From: Stappiaceae bacterium
GTDB lineage: Bacteria > Pseudomonadota > Alphaproteobacteria > Rhizobiales > Stappiaceae
Direction of reading: 5' to 3'
DNA: 64,000 nt
NCBI GenBank assembly: GCA_039976075.1
Contig: JBDWFY010000001.1
Span: 159,920-223,919, forward strand
Below, piece after piece: positions 1 through 9,380 of the stretch (positions within the stretch are counted from its first letter, which is position 1; each line of letters opens with the position of its first letter). The notes below the pieces were generated by a model. That model had not been told where the DNA came from, ran no database searches, and saw only the letters and a program-made list of their open reading frames with translations. The position numbers and the translations under genes were made by a program.

Positions 1-1055
1 AAGAAGCGCGCGGACGCGTAGAGGGAACGACTGAACGGGAAAAGGCCCATATCGGCGTGTTGGGCATGATTCTGGATGGCGACGCGGCTAACGCACGCCG
101 GGCCATTCGGGCGCATCTTGACGAGTTTCCGCGTGATGCACTGGTTGCGCAAACCTGCACCGGCGTATTTGGCCTGATCGGGTTTAGCGGATTGCCGGGC
201 AGGGAAGCGGAGCAACTTGCATTCACGTCCAAGCTGTTGCCCCACTATGGTGAAGACTGGTGGTTCCTTGGCCAGCATGCATTTGCACAAGTTGAAACCG
301 GGCAGATCGACCAAGCCGAAGCCACAGTCGAGAGGTCATTGGAAGGTAATCCACGCAATGCCAACAGCGCCCACATCCGTTCTCATGTTTATTATGAGAA
401 CGGCGCGACGGAGGCCGGTTACACATTTCTCGAGGAATGGCAGCGTGATTATGACAAAAGCGGCGTTTTGCACTGTCACGTTGCCTGGCATATAGCGCTG
501 TGGGCGCTGGAGCGCGGCGATATTGAGACGATGTGGCGGGTCATTGATGAAGACGTCGCGCCCGGCGGGGCCTGGGGACCGGCTCTGAATGTGTTGACGG
601 ATGTTGCCGCCATTCTCTACCGGGCGGAATTGGCCGGCGTTGCGGTTGCTCCGGAACGCTGGAAGATGGTCAGCGATTACGCCATTAAATATTTCCCCGA
701 ACCAGGTATCGCGTTTGGCGATATTCACGCGGCTCTCGCTCACGCCATGGCGGGTAACAACGAGGCGCTGGAAAAGATAATCAGCGATGCGACGGGCCCG
801 GCGGCAGAAATGGTGAAAATCTGTGCCAGAGCGTTTCAAGCTGTAGCCTTAGAGCAGTGGTCCACTGCAACTGCGCACCTCGTTCAAATCATGAACGATC
901 ATGCCCGGTTCGGCGGCAGCCGTGCTCAGCGCGATCTGATCGAATATGCATTGCTCGGCACGTTGCTGAAGCAGGGGCGGGGACAAGAGGCACAGATGCT
1001 TATATCAACCCGACGCCCGGTTCAGGCAGCGGCGCATCCGGTGGCGGGTCTTTGA
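1..1055 (+). CDS. TPR-like helical repeat protein (TTC38-like family), N-terminally truncated by the window edge
   Basis: The ORF is open to base 3 in the frame of 57..1055. The translation is helical, Ala/Leu-rich and repeat-like, with conserved W/H/Y positions reminiscent of TTC38-type TPR proteins. The annotated GTG at 57 is probably internal. Confidence 0.45.
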   Translation, partial: EARGRVEGTTEREKAHIGVLGMILDGDAANARRAIRAHLDEFPRDALVAQTCTGVFGLIGFSGLPGREAEQLAFTSKLLPHYGEDWWFLGQHAFAQVETGQIDQAEATVERSLEGNPRNANSAHIRSHVYYENGATEAGYTFLEEWQRDYDKSGVLHCHVAWHIALWALERGDIETMWRVIDEDVAPGGAWGPALNVLTDVAAILYRAELAGVAVAPERWKMVSDYAIKYFPEPGIAFGDIHAALAHAMAGNNEALEKIISDATGPAAEMVKICARAFQAVALEQWSTATAHLVQIMNDHARFGGSRAQRDLIEYALLGTLLKQGRGQEAQMLISTRRPVQAAAHPVAGL

Positions 1056-1341
1056 TATCAGGATCGCTGTGACGACCGTGAGTGCCGAATTGCCTTCAAA
1101 ACAACAAATGTGCTCAGTGATCCCGGTGCGTTTTTGTGTAGGGACGCAGAATGCTTTGGATAAAACAGGGGGCTCGATGGATATGAAGATAAACGGCAGC
1201 ACCGTGTTGATCGATCCAAGTCGGTGAACCAGTTCCCAGCTCAGGCCACGCAGCAGCAGGACACGGCAGTTCCAAAGCAGAGGAACATCATCAGCATATA
1301 TTGGTTCTTGTACGTGACTGGAAGCATCTTCGGACATTGCT

Positions 1342-2733
1342 TCACCGTCCACCGGTGCTTGATGCGTCCATTCTTGCATGGCTCTCGTGTTCAGAGAGGC
1401 TCTGAACAACCGAGTCGCTACCCTGAAGTTCGCTGGGAAGCGTTTTGACATAGATTGCCGCAATAATGTTGGCGATCAATATGATGGCAATGGGTACCAC
1501 CTCATCTTGAAAATGGGCGATGAATCCCAGGATGGTTGCGGCCAATATGCCAAGAACACCCGTGACAAAAAAACTTACGGCAAAAAAATACTCCCGCTCA
1601 TTTTCGGGGGCCAGTTCTCCCAGATAGACGCTAACGGTAATCGCAAGGCCTTGCGATGCCAGGCTCATCAGCAGAAAGACCGGAGTGTAGTAGTAATAGT
1701 GTGTGTATTGCTGTGAGAATTCGAGCCCAATCGCCAGCGTGGCGGAAACAGCCGCAACAATTCCCGAAAACACCATGGTCATCCGCAGCGATTTTTTGGA
1801 CAGGCGGATCATAATCGGTCCGCCGACAATGATGCCCACGCAAATGGCTACAACAAAGATGCTCAGCGCTCCGGCAGAGTTTTTGTGCAGAGAGGCGGCG
1901 TGGATTGAATAAAATGGCAAGGTTGACGAAACCGATAAAAAAAGCACCTGCAGGACAAGGTAGTTTCGAAACCAGCGGTGTTCGATCGTCATGGAAAAGT
2001 TGTCGCGTACCTGTTGCAGTCTGGTCAAAAGGTCAGGTGACTTCTGTTCCGCAGCAGATTGTTCGAACTTACTGCGACGCGGTTCATTGATAGGCAAAAC
2101 GGCGAAAATTGTAATAAACGAAAAGGCTGCAGCCGCCCAGATCAGCATCAGATGACTATCCAGCGGAGTGGTGTCCTTCAGATAAAAATGTAGAACCAGT
2201 GCCAGCCCGATGCCCACAATAGCACTGAGAGTGTTCTGTGTGTTCATCAGCCAACTGCGACGGTCTTTATCAAGAAGAGCAGGCGTTATTGCATAATAGG
2301 CAAGACCGGTTACACCCTGTCCGATACCTATGAAGATGGTCGCAAGCACAAACATCGCAAGCACAAAGACTGTGGATCCTCCGTCTGATGTCAGCGCGAT
2401 CAGTACAAGACTTGCCGTTATCATCATGCTCCCAATGGCCATATAAGATTTTTTTAGCGTGGCCGAAGCGACAAATGGAGCAGCGCCCAGCCGACTGGTG
2501 GTATGAGAAATCGCCAGAATTGGAAGAATCATGCCCGCAAGCAAAACCGGTGCGCCGGCCGTCAAAAAGACGAATGGCAATATGGTGCGCGGGGACGCCA
2601 GTCGATAAATCATTTCATAGCTGAACCCATGCACCAATAGGGGCCGGACATGTGGATTTTTGTCGCTATTTTTTTCGCTATTTTTGCTGGCGCTAGTTTT
2701 CGCGCGCGAGTCGGTCCTTGGCTGGTTCACCAT
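1342..2733 (-). CDS. MFS-type transporter; about 12 predicted TM helices
   Basis: The 463 aa ORF has long hydrophobic segments with short polar loops. The N-terminus is Lys/Ser-rich and low-complexity, so the true start may be an internal Met. Confidence 0.55.
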   Translation of the reverse strand: MVNQPRTDSRAKTSASKNSEKNSDKNPHVRPLLVHGFSYEMIYRLASPRTILPFVFLTAGAPVLLAGMILPILAISHTTSRLGAAPFVASATLKKSYMAIGSMMITASLVLIALTSDGGSTVFVLAMFVLATIFIGIGQGVTGLAYYAITPALLDKDRRSWLMNTQNTLSAIVGIGLALVLHFYLKDTTPLDSHLMLIWAAAAFSFITIFAVLPINEPRRSKFEQSAAEQKSPDLLTRLQQVRDNFSMTIEHRWFRNYLVLQVLFLSVSSTLPFYSIHAASLHKNSAGALSIFVVAICVGIIVGGPIMIRLSKKSLRMTMVFSGIVAAVSATLAIGLEFSQQYTHYYYYTPVFLLMSLASQGLAITVSVYLGELAPENEREYFFAVSFFVTGVLGILAATILGFIAHFQDEVVPIAIILIANIIAAIYVKTLPSELQGSDSVVQSLSEHESHARMDASSTGGR

Positions 2734-2843
2734 TGTTGTTCTGTTGTTCCCGAAATACGGTCTCAGTTATCTGAGGATGACTGACATACCCGTGCTGCAG
2801 TTCTCCCTTTTATGTATCGCACAACCATTTGCTGTGTTCTCAA

Positions 2844-3524
2844 TCACGCTTGTTGTTTTTCAAGGTACCGGCCCAGGGTCTCTCCGCCGCGAATAATATG
2901 ATCCGTCAGGCAGGCAATGGCGGTTTCTTCGTCTCTGTTGCGGCAGGCTACCAGCAATGACCGATGTTCTTTATGCGACTGAACCGCATGGTTCGCCTGG
3001 GCAACGGCAGTGCAGAGATACCGGTCTGCTGCGCTGCTGAGTGAGTCAATGTGGGCAAGCAACCGTGGTCGATCACACGGTTCATACAGTGTTCGATGAA
3101 ATCGGGAATTCAGTCCGCCGAAATCGCCGAATGTGGCGCTCTCCAACTGATCTTGCAGCGCTTCCGCCTTGTCGATCTGTGAATTGGAAAGTTCGGGAAT
3201 GGCAATTTTTAATGCCAGGGATTCGGCCGCCATCCTCATTTCATAGATTTCGCGCAAATCTTCCAGACTGATCTGGGTCACCCGCGCCCCTTTGTTCGGG
3301 TCGAACGCGACCAGCCCATCGGCAACCAGCAATTTCAATGCTTCGCGAACCGGCATCCGGCTAACCCCAAATCGGTGGGCAAGCTGTTCTTGGCCGAGCC
3401 TCACGCCCGGTTCCATCGATCCGGCGATGATTTCTCGGCGCAATTCCGCTGCGATCGCGGCGGCTTGAGCACCACGCTGTCCCAGTTTCGCCGGGGCTGA
3501 TTCTAATACTCTCTCTGGTCTCAT
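2844..3524 (-). CDS. GntR-family transcriptional regulator with a FadR-like FCD C-terminal domain
   Basis: An N-terminal wHTH ('LGQEQLAHRFGVSRMPVREALKLLVADGLV') is followed by a helical C-terminal domain. Confidence 0.8.
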   Translation of the reverse strand: MRPERVLESAPAKLGQRGAQAAAIAAELRREIIAGSMEPGVRLGQEQLAHRFGVSRMPVREALKLLVADGLVAFDPNKGARVTQISLEDLREIYEMRMAAESLALKIAIPELSNSQIDKAEALQDQLESATFGDFGGLNSRFHRTLYEPCDRPRLLAHIDSLSSAADRYLCTAVAQANHAVQSHKEHRSLLVACRNRDEETAIACLTDHIIRGGETLGRYLEKQQA

Positions 3525-3551
3525 CTGAGCAGTCTAGCGGGATTTCGCGCT

Positions 3552-3573
3552 TGACAACATTACAATATTGTCA
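3552..3573. promoter_or_regulatory. Imperfect inverted repeat TGACAA-N10-TTGTCA (with inner CAATATTG palindrome) between divergent gntR and the benE-like gene
   Basis: Read directly from the sequence. It lies in a divergent promoter region, a typical place for a GntR-type operator. Confidence 0.3.
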
Positions 3574-3597
3574 TCAATCTCAATAATTGGATCCAAT

Positions 3598-4758
3598 ATG
3601 AGAATTGCTATGCGCGCTTCCGTCGTTATCTCAGCCTTTGTCGCGGTACTTGTCGGGTTCGGAGGTTCGGTGGCCATCATATTGGCAGCGACCAGCGCGC
3701 TCGGGGCAACGCCAGCACAAACATCATCCTGGATTGCGACACTCTGTGTGGCGATGATGGCCACGACGTCGGTGCTCAGTATCTGGCATCGCATGCCTAT
3801 CGTTACCGCCTGGTCTACACCGGGAGCAGCATTGCTGGCAGCAACATCAGGTTTATCAATTGAAGCAGCAGTTGGCGGGTTCTATGTTGCTGCGGGACTG
3901 ATCCTGCTGACAGCCGCGTTCCGCCCGCTGGCAGCCTTGATTGACAAAATTCCCGGTTCGATTGCAGCGGCCATGTTGGCAGGTGTGTTGTTCTCTTTTG
4001 TGGTGGCGTTGTTTGAGCATCTGAATACGGCGCCGATGCTGGTGATGTCGCTGCTTGGGGCGTTTCTGGTTCTTCGGCTTGTTTCTCCCATGTGGGCGGT
4101 ACTCGCTGTACTGGCGCTTGGCATCGGCCTGAGTTTTATGCTTGGTCTGACGTCCCCGATTGGTGCACTCAGGTTTTCGACGTTTGAGTGGATCCAGCCA
4201 AAGTTCGACGTTCCAACGCTCGTGGGACTTGGTGTGCCGCTCTATCTTGTCACGATGGCGTCTCAGAACCTGCCGGGATTCGCAGTACTGAGAGCCGCCG
4301 GCTATCAGCCTCCAACCCAGTCCATTTTGGCAGTGACGGGGTTCGCGTCGCTTTTCAGCGCAGGGTTTGGTGCCCACACCTCAAACCTTGCAGCAATCAC
4401 GGCCTCGATCTGTACAGGACCAGACGCACATCCGGACAAGGACAAGCGTTGGCTTTGCGGACCATTTTATGCCTTGGGCTACGCTGTTCTGGCGCTATTT
4501 GGTGCCTCTGTGGTGACACTGTTTGCCAGCTTCCCGCAGGCATTGATCGTCACCGTAGCGGGTATCGCTCTCATGGGACCGTTTGTTGGCGCACTCAGCG
4601 CAGGTTTCGCTGAGGAAACCGACAGGTTTGCTGCTGCCGGTACCTTCGTTGTCACCGCGTCAGGACTACAGGCATTTGGAATTGCTTCCGCCTTTTGGGG
4701 TCTTGTGGCGGGGCTTTTGATTATTGGACTTGATCGGTTGAAACGCCGTGGAGAATAA
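3598..4758 (+). CDS. BenE-family (benzoate:H+ symporter-like, TC 2.A.46) membrane transporter
   Basis: About 390 aa, highly hydrophobic and Gly/Ala-rich with the BenE-like TM organisation. The start could be 3568, 3598 or 3610. Confidence 0.65.
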   Translation: MRIAMRASVVISAFVAVLVGFGGSVAIILAATSALGATPAQTSSWIATLCVAMMATTSVLSIWHRMPIVTAWSTPGAALLAATSGLSIEAAVGGFYVAAGLILLTAAFRPLAALIDKIPGSIAAAMLAGVLFSFVVALFEHLNTAPMLVMSLLGAFLVLRLVSPMWAVLAVLALGIGLSFMLGLTSPIGALRFSTFEWIQPKFDVPTLVGLGVPLYLVTMASQNLPGFAVLRAAGYQPPTQSILAVTGFASLFSAGFGAHTSNLAAITASICTGPDAHPDKDKRWLCGPFYALGYAVLALFGASVVTLFASFPQALIVTVAGIALMGPFVGALSAGFAEETDRFAAAGTFVVTASGLQAFGIASAFWGLVAGLLIIGLDRLKRRGE

Positions 4759-4863
4759 CTGAATTAAAATAAAAGTCATTGAGTTGGAATAAAATCGAAC
4801 ACCCATCGTTTCCCTCCTGTCACCCGGGCCAAAGCACCGGAATTTATAGAACAGGTGGAAGCA

Positions 4864-5922
4864 ATGGAACTTCTCAGTAAAAATCGTATTCACACAGCCA
4901 AACAAAGTTTTGCAACTCGGCGAGTCCCGGCATCATCAATGATTTCGTTGATCACAGGGAACGTCCGGCCCAAAGCAGGTGACCTTGTTTTGGCGCGTGT
5001 CGAAAGCATTGGCTCACACAAACGCGTTGAATTGACCACCGGGCGACGCGCTCATCTCTTTCCCGGAGATGAAGTCATTCTGTCGTTCGGTAACCGCTAC
5101 GCCCCGGATCAGTATGAAGCCTATGTACCGGACGGCCTCGAGGAATGTCACATGGTCGCGGCTGGCGGCATTGCTGCTGACGCGGTCAGTTGGCATAGCA
5201 AATTGCTTGGCCCCACCTGCATCAAACCGCTTGGTTTGATTGGCGGCGCGCACAATCGCCCGCTCAACCTCGCGGACTTTTCTCTTGGGCTTGCTTGTTG
5301 CGTTCAGCCAGGCCAGGTATTCGGCGTGTTCGGAACGTCAATGAATGCGGGCAAAACGACAACCGCTGCAAGCCTGGTCAAAGGGCTTCGTGCTGCCGGA
5401 TATACGGTCGGAGCTGCCAAGATCACCGGAACGGGCGCTGGAGGGGATCTTTGGCTGATGCGCGACAGCGGCGCCCATGAGGTGCTTGACTTCACTGATA
5501 TCGGAATGCCCACAACCTTTGGGTTCGATGAAAGCACTATTGTGGCCGGGGCCATGCGTCTGCTGCATGAGCTTGGGAGCAAAGGTTGTAACGTCGCTGT
5601 TTTGGAAGTGGCTGACGGACTGTTTCAGGAAGAAACAGCCGCGCTGGCTGCATCAGAAAAACTGCGATCCGTACTCACCGGCACTCTGTTTGCCGCCGGT
5701 GACGCCATGGGCGCTGTTGGCGGTGTCGCGACCCTTGAGCGCCTGAACCACAACGTCCTTGGACTTTCAGGTGCGTTCACACAGTCTCCCCTGGCAATAC
5801 GTGAGGCAAAAGCGGCCCTGTCACTGCCCATCATCTCCTCGATGGAATTACAGACGCCGCAGGATCTTCTGCCACTCCTGGGACTGCGAAACCACGTGGC
5901 ACCGCTGGCCCAGAGCGCCTGA
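4864..5922 (+). CDS. DUF1611-family protein (DgcN-like; Rossmann-like N-domain plus P-loop C-domain)
   Basis: P-loop 'GVFGTSMNAGKTTTAASL' and 'ITGTGAGGD' match the DUF1611 pattern (GTDCAVGKRTTA / TGQTG). An SD-like AGGTGGA precedes the ATG at 4864; the GTG at 4855 is an alternative start. Confidence 0.6.
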   Translation: MELLSKNRIHTAKQSFATRRVPASSMISLITGNVRPKAGDLVLARVESIGSHKRVELTTGRRAHLFPGDEVILSFGNRYAPDQYEAYVPDGLEECHMVAAGGIAADAVSWHSKLLGPTCIKPLGLIGGAHNRPLNLADFSLGLACCVQPGQVFGVFGTSMNAGKTTTAASLVKGLRAAGYTVGAAKITGTGAGGDLWLMRDSGAHEVLDFTDIGMPTTFGFDESTIVAGAMRLLHELGSKGCNVAVLEVADGLFQEETAALAASEKLRSVLTGTLFAAGDAMGAVGGVATLERLNHNVLGLSGAFTQSPLAIREAKAALSLPIISSMELQTPQDLLPLLGLRNHVAPLAQSA

Positions 5923-5923
5923 C

Positions 5924-7489
5924 ATGTCCCTCCCGAAACTCTGGACCGGACAGCGCATTTTAGCGCTGTCAGGCCTGGCTCTGATTGCCGCACTTCAGGC
6001 TATCGCCGGGCTATGTGTTGCAGCGGCGGCCAGCCGATTGTTGCTGGGCTCATCTGTTGGCAATTCACAAAATCATTTGGCCATAATTGTCGGGGCAGGG
6101 GCTTGCGGTCTGGTTGGACTGCGTGTTGCGGAACGCCGCTGGGCGGAAGCATTTGCACTTGGCTATGTCACACATTTGCGGACGGCATTCATGAGCCACG
6201 TTTTGCGCCAACCCATCGATTCTGCAGGTACGCGCCTGGGGCTCATCATGACACGGGTAGTCAATGACCTCTCGGCCATCCGTCTTTGGCTATCGCGCGG
6301 CATTGTTTCAATTATCGTCGCGCTGACGGTGTTTCTAACAATCCTCATGTATTTTGCCCTGACTGACCCCACCCTTGCCAGGGCACTGGTCATCACGGTG
6401 CTGTTCTGGGCTTTGTTTGTCGGGCTGTTGCTCTATCCATTGTTTGGTCGCATCCGGCTCAGCCGAAAGCGACGTGGAAGGCTTGCGATCAATGCGGCGG
6501 CAATTCTGACTGCCCGACCCAGCCTTCTTGTGCTGGGTCGACACGGCAAGACCATGCGCGGTTTCCAGCGTCAGACTGAACGCCTCAACAAGGCTCTGGT
6601 TGGCAGGGCAACTTATTCCGGTGGATTGCGTGCGTCGGCCGATCTGCTTTTTCCTGTCTTGACACTGGGATTGACAGTCGGAGTGTTGGGCACCGATACC
6701 AGCGCCGTTGATGCAGCAGACCTGACCGTTTTGATCATGGCTACGGGTATGCTTGGCGTGCAGCTCAACGCTCTGGCTCTCAGCGCTGAATACAAGATGG
6801 CCAGCGCCATCGCCTTCGATCGTCTGAACAGGGTAATGCGGTATGACGCCTTTGACCTGAACGAAGGTGTCAGCCCGGTAAAACGCCCACAGGGAGGAGT
6901 TTCGCTGGATGCATCTTCAATCCAGATTGAACATCGGTCGGTCTCATTCTCCGTCGGGGCTGGTGAACAGGTATTGCTTTCCGGTCTGTCCGGACCGGAA
7001 ACGGTTTCACTCACTCGACAGATCGGTCGTCTGAGCGAGAAGGTAACCGGATCGCTGTTGCTTGATGGCATGGACGCAGCAGATATATCGCGCAGAGATT
7101 GGTGGCGGCTTGTTACACTCGTTTCCAACGACCTGCCTCTGATCAGAGGGACGGTGGCTGAAAACGCCTCCCTTGGCGCTTCTACCAAGCTGAGCGATAC
7201 GCGTGTTGTTGAAACACTCGATGCATTTCAACTTGATGGCGATGCCTCTGAAATGATCGAAGCTGAGCGTCACCCTCCGGACGAGAAAACAGCCGCTGCA
7301 ATTCGCGCCGCGCGTGCCGTCTTGCGCCAGGCCGGTCTGATTGTCGTGCAGGATCACTATCTGGTTGACTCCCCATCACTGCTGGTTCCCCTGCAGAAGT
7401 TGGCTCGGAAGCGGGGCGTAACAGTGTTGTTTTTACTGGGCGAAGGGTGCACCTTGCCCGGGGTGGACCGGACGCTAGACCTTTCGTGA
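5924..7489 (+). CDS. ABC exporter-like protein: N-terminal 6-TM ABC_membrane domain fused to a degenerate, probably non-catalytic nucleotide-binding domain
   Basis: The ATG at 5924 overlaps the upstream stop (TGACATG). The TM domain looks like an ABC exporter. The C-domain aligns to NBD motifs, but Walker A is 'GLSGPETVS' (no Lys), the signature is 'PPDEK' instead of LSGGQ, and Walker B is 'IVVQDHYL' instead of hhhhDE. The 5759 start in the ORF track is an artefact of read-through from the upstream frame. Confidence 0.6.
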   Translation: MSLPKLWTGQRILALSGLALIAALQAIAGLCVAAAASRLLLGSSVGNSQNHLAIIVGAGACGLVGLRVAERRWAEAFALGYVTHLRTAFMSHVLRQPIDSAGTRLGLIMTRVVNDLSAIRLWLSRGIVSIIVALTVFLTILMYFALTDPTLARALVITVLFWALFVGLLLYPLFGRIRLSRKRRGRLAINAAAILTARPSLLVLGRHGKTMRGFQRQTERLNKALVGRATYSGGLRASADLLFPVLTLGLTVGVLGTDTSAVDAADLTVLIMATGMLGVQLNALALSAEYKMASAIAFDRLNRVMRYDAFDLNEGVSPVKRPQGGVSLDASSIQIEHRSVSFSVGAGEQVLLSGLSGPETVSLTRQIGRLSEKVTGSLLLDGMDAADISRRDWWRLVTLVSNDLPLIRGTVAENASLGASTKLSDTRVVETLDAFQLDGDASEMIEAERHPPDEKTAAAIRAARAVLRQAGLIVVQDHYLVDSPSLLVPLQKLARKRGVTVLFLLGEGCTLPGVDRTLDLS

Positions 7490-7766
7490 TTGCGATGAAG
7501 AGCAGTTGGGTTCCTGAAGGAGCAAACGGATGACAGAGCAACCTCATTATCGTTGTGCATCAGCCGAACTGCGCTCTGCGGGGTTGAGAGCCACTGCCGC
7601 GGCGACTATCTCCCCGGGTCTTTCCGGTCGGTTGGTGAGGCCGAGTAGCCAGTCAGCACCTACGCCCAGCGCTGGCTCAATAGCCGGATTTCTCTGCCAA
7701 TTTTTGCATGAGATGGTGTGGTCCAGGATCGGCTGGGGTCGAAAGCGGTGAGACTGGTTTAATCCA

Positions 7767-8192
7767 ATGCCCATGCCACAAGAATATGCGCATGCTTGTG
7801 ACACCTTTGATCGGTTTCTGGTCGAGGCACGGGATGCACTGGACCTTGCGACGAGAAATCAGACATATACCGTCGTCCAGGCGGTGTTGGTGACGTTTCG
7901 CAAACGCCTGACAGCCGATCAGGTTTTGCTTTTTGCCGATCAACTGCCAGTGGTGTTGCGCGCTATATTTGTCAGTGGTTGGCACGCGGGCGACACCACC
8001 GCCGCGTTTGGCGACAGGACCGATTTAACGAAGGAAGTCCAAGGTTTGCGGCGACATCATAATTTTGCGCCTGACAATTCGATTGACGTTGTCACCCGTG
8101 TGTTGCGGCGTTATGTGGATGAAAGTCGATTTGACAAAGTCCTGATGTCCATCTCCTCTGATGCGTGTCTTTACTGGAAACCAGCTCTGTAG
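7767..8192 (+). CDS. DUF2267-family protein
   Basis: 141 aa with the conserved 'fl..v...l.lgd....a..a..avl..L..rl....a..l..qLP' architecture typical of DUF2267. Confidence 0.45.
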   Translation: MPMPQEYAHACDTFDRFLVEARDALDLATRNQTYTVVQAVLVTFRKRLTADQVLLFADQLPVVLRAIFVSGWHAGDTTAAFGDRTDLTKEVQGLRRHHNFAPDNSIDVVTRVLRRYVDESRFDKVLMSISSDACLYWKPAL

Positions 8193-8213
8193 GGTGACCT
8201 GACACCGGCACTG

Positions 8214-8861
8214 TCATGTTGAGGAAAGGGGACACAACAGCCACGCCTTCTCTTGCGCCTCAACCCGCCCTTTGAGCGGTGCATTCACATCCAAAGCCGC
8301 CAAGGGGATTAGATCGTAACTGCTTTGGTAATGGTGCACGACGACATCTTCGCGGAGAGAAAAGGGCGGCCCTGTCATCAGTGCCTGATCATACTCCAGT
8401 GTAATCAGTAACTGCGGTGCATGGCTTGTAAGTTCCATCAGGCGTTTCGAGTAACGGAGGCGGAGGTCCGGTGGCAGCGCGACAAAAGCCGCGCGATCAA
8501 AAACAGCTTCTACTGAGCCAAGCATTTCGGGAGACAGATCAAAGAAGTCTCCAGCAAAAATCTCGATATCCGGAGCTTTATAGAGCTTGAGGGGGCCCAC
8601 ATCAGATACGACGGGTTCCAGTCCCAAGTCAGCGAACAACTGTTCAATTGCCAACTCACTGAGCTCTACGCCAACAACGCCATAGCCCTTTGATAGCAGC
8701 CAGGCGATGTCACGGGTTTTGCCACACAGCGGGACAAAAACACGACCGTTGTGAGAAACAGACAGCTTGTTGAAATAGTCGATCAGCAGTCGATTGGTCG
8801 ACTGCTCGTGAAAAGCAATGCTGTTTGATTCCCATTTCTGGTGCCAGAAATTCGGTTCCAT
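8214..8861 (-). CDS. tpm: Thiopurine S-methyltransferase (TPMT/Tpm family, SAM-dependent)
   Basis: The N-terminus 'FWHQKWESNSIAFHEQSTNRLL...VFVPLCGKTRDIAWLLSKGYGVVGVELSELAIEQ' closely matches bacterial Tpm ('FWQKRWE...VLVPLCGKS.DM.WL...G..V.GVELSE.AV'). Confidence 0.85.
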   Translation of the reverse strand: MEPNFWHQKWESNSIAFHEQSTNRLLIDYFNKLSVSHNGRVFVPLCGKTRDIAWLLSKGYGVVGVELSELAIEQLFADLGLEPVVSDVGPLKLYKAPDIEIFAGDFFDLSPEMLGSVEAVFDRAAFVALPPDLRLRYSKRLMELTSHAPQLLITLEYDQALMTGPPFSLREDVVVHHYQSSYDLIPLAALDVNAPLKGRVEAQEKAWLLCPLSST

Positions 8862-8922
8862 CTAATGTGCCTTTTCGGTTGAACGAACTCTGATTTGAAG
8901 GCACGATACAACTTCAAGTCAA

Positions 8923-8934
8923 CTTGAGGTCAAG
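8923..8934. promoter_or_regulatory. Perfect dyad CTTGA-GG-TCAAG in the tpm/merR divergent promoter region; candidate MerR-type operator
   Basis: The palindrome is read from the sequence. An adjacent ACTTcAAGT palindrome lies at about 8911-8919. Confidence 0.3.
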
Positions 8935-8956
8935 CAGAATATTATCGGATCATAAA

Positions 8957-9373
8957 ATGGACATCGGAGAAGTTGCAAAACGTTCGGGATTTCCGGCATC
9001 AACCTTACGCTATTACGAAGAAAAAGAGCTGATCAGATCGACGGGGCGTTCGGGATTGCGCAGAACATTTGATCCCGATGTGCTGGAACGCCTTGCGGTA
9101 ATCGCTCTTGGTCGCAGCGCTGGGTTCTCGCTTGAAGAAATCGCCGATATGTTCGCGCCAAATGGTCCAAAAATCAATCGGCAGCAGTTGTTGAGCAAAG
9201 CGGATGAGCTGGACCGAAAGATCAAGCAACTGACGGCCATGCGCGAAGGACTGCGTCATGCGGCCAATTGCCCCGCCCCGGGACATTTCGAATGCTCAAC
9301 ATTCAAACGGGTGCTTGGTTTGGCTGTAAAACGGCAGCGCTCGGGTAAAAACAAAACTCCGACGTTGTCATGA
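8957..9373 (+). CDS. MerR-family transcriptional regulator
   Basis: N-terminal HTH 'MDIGEVAKRSGFPASTLRYYEEKELI' followed by a coiled-coil dimerisation region. The start is taken at the ATG at 8957. Confidence 0.75.
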   Translation: MDIGEVAKRSGFPASTLRYYEEKELIRSTGRSGLRRTFDPDVLERLAVIALGRSAGFSLEEIADMFAPNGPKINRQQLLSKADELDRKIKQLTAMREGLRHAANCPAPGHFECSTFKRVLGLAVKRQRSGKNKTPTLS

Positions 9374-9380
9374 AAAGATG

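Noticed and set aside
336-839. 167-aa and other minus-strand ORFs inside the TPR-like gene
   Set aside because: These are antisense shadow ORFs within a longer, more protein-like forward ORF.
3856-4377. 173-aa His/Arg/Gln-rich ORF antisense to the benE-like gene
   Set aside because: It is a low-complexity reverse-frame artefact; the forward membrane-protein ORF is far more plausible.
5759-5923. N-terminal 55-aa extension of the ABC-like ORF proposed by the ORF track
   Set aside because: It overlaps the 3' end of the DUF1611 gene in another frame. The ATG at 5924, coupled to the upstream stop (TGACATG), is the natural start.
7500-7766. 270-bp gap with small ORFs (7530..7751 plus, 7547..7804 minus)
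   Set aside because: The translations are Ala/Arg/Ser-rich with no recognisable domain or start context. I treated the region as intergenic and saw no clear RNA structure.
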